The position numbers were made by a program, and so were the translations under genes. This document shows, one piece after another, positions 63,285 through 64,000 of a DNA stretch of 64,000 bases. The notes under the pieces are model-generated. The model was not told the origin of the DNA, did not search any database, and saw nothing but the letters and a program-made list of their open reading frames with translations. Numbering within the stretch: the first letter of the stretch is position 1; each line of letters begins with the position of its first letter. Source of the stretch: Cenococcum geophilum (lineage: Eukaryota); contig CP158635.1 of NCBI GenBank assembly GCA_050273025.1, positions 33,232,001-33,296,000 of the forward strand. The letters are read 5' to 3'.

Positions 63285-63889
63285 ATGGCCGATCGGTTCT
63301 CCTTCCCAAACGGCTACCACCTACTCACAGCCACGCATAGTAGTGCCCTAACCTGGAATCAAGCCGACCTAACTCCCATCTTCAGCTCTGGATCAGCGGG
63401 CGGCATACTCGCAGCAGAGAAAGCAGCAAACGACACCGGACTACTCGCCATCGTAGACGGCCAAGTTGTCATCCTACATGACGTGCAGCGGGGACGGGAC
63501 AAGAACTACTGCTTCAAAGGCACAGAGGTCCGTTGCACCTCCCCTCCCTAGAAAATCCCAGCAGACCCCAGCAGCGCATAGCAGACCCCAGCAAAAGTAC
63601 ATAATCTAACCTCCCCAAAACAGGGCGAAATCCGACCCCTCCAATTCTCCCCAGACTTGCAAACCCTCTCCTTCAACACGACCCCTCCGTGCAGACCTAC
63701 TCTTCACCACAACACACCCTGCTCTCCCCCACTCACACGTACCCGTCCTCGCCGACCGTCCTGGCAATCAGCGCTACGGCCCTCCTCTCCGCCTCCACGC
63801 GCTGCCAACCCTCTGCCTCTCCTCCCTCGCCGCCGCCTCCCCGGCCTCCCATACCTCTACCACGACCACTACCACCATCTACACTGTAA
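63285..63889 (+). pseudogene. Truncated/frameshifted WD40-repeat gene fragment
   Basis: HLLTAT...GILAAEKA...LLAIVDGQVVILHD|GEIRPLQFSPD; frame break ~63680, then degenerates into a Pro-rich tail and stop. Close to the window end. Confidence 0.5.
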
Positions 63890-64000
63890 GCTTTGCAGTG
63901 TGTGGGAATTGAACGAGCAACTTAATTGTAAATCTACGGAAATCAAGTGGTATAAATACATAAAAGTAGACCAAGTCGGTGAGCGAGTCAAGGGCTAGGC

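Overview
Eukaryotic DNA from a filamentous ascomycete: intron-containing Pezizomycotina-type genes plus RIP-mutated repeats. Dothideomycetes is an impression from the protein families, not demonstrated. 1-12.1 kb is an AT-rich, heavily RIP-mutated repeat block. It holds two head-to-tail copies (period 3561 bp) of a Crypton-type tyrosine-recombinase transposon (NDC10-like recombinase plus GCR1_C domain), abutting a minus-strand GalEa-clade Copia retrotransposon whose 3' LTR is missing at the Crypton boundary. 12-22 kb is gene-poor, with a frameshifted SMP-30/regucalcin pseudogene and a microsatellite-rich region upstream of a bZIP gene. Between the convergent bZIP and DUF1746 genes lies a ~1.7 kb GC-rich, non-coding block with many nested stems that appear to favour the + strand (candidate large structured ncRNA). 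27-50 kb is a housekeeping block (DUF1746/Dsc4-like, RCF1, Rab5/Ypt52, SAC1, MET7, MSH6, small Myb-like protein, GAB1/PIG-U, NOP7) interrupted by a secreted chorismate-mutase-family gene and a MITE. 50-64 kb is more accessory: a small Cys-rich secreted protein, a secreted YcaC/isochorismatase-family hydrolase, a DUF1989 protein, a pseudogenised secreted protein, a DHCR24-like FAD oxidoreductase, a foldback element, a membrane protein and a truncated WD40 gene. All calls come from reading the sequence by eye; no searches or folding were run.
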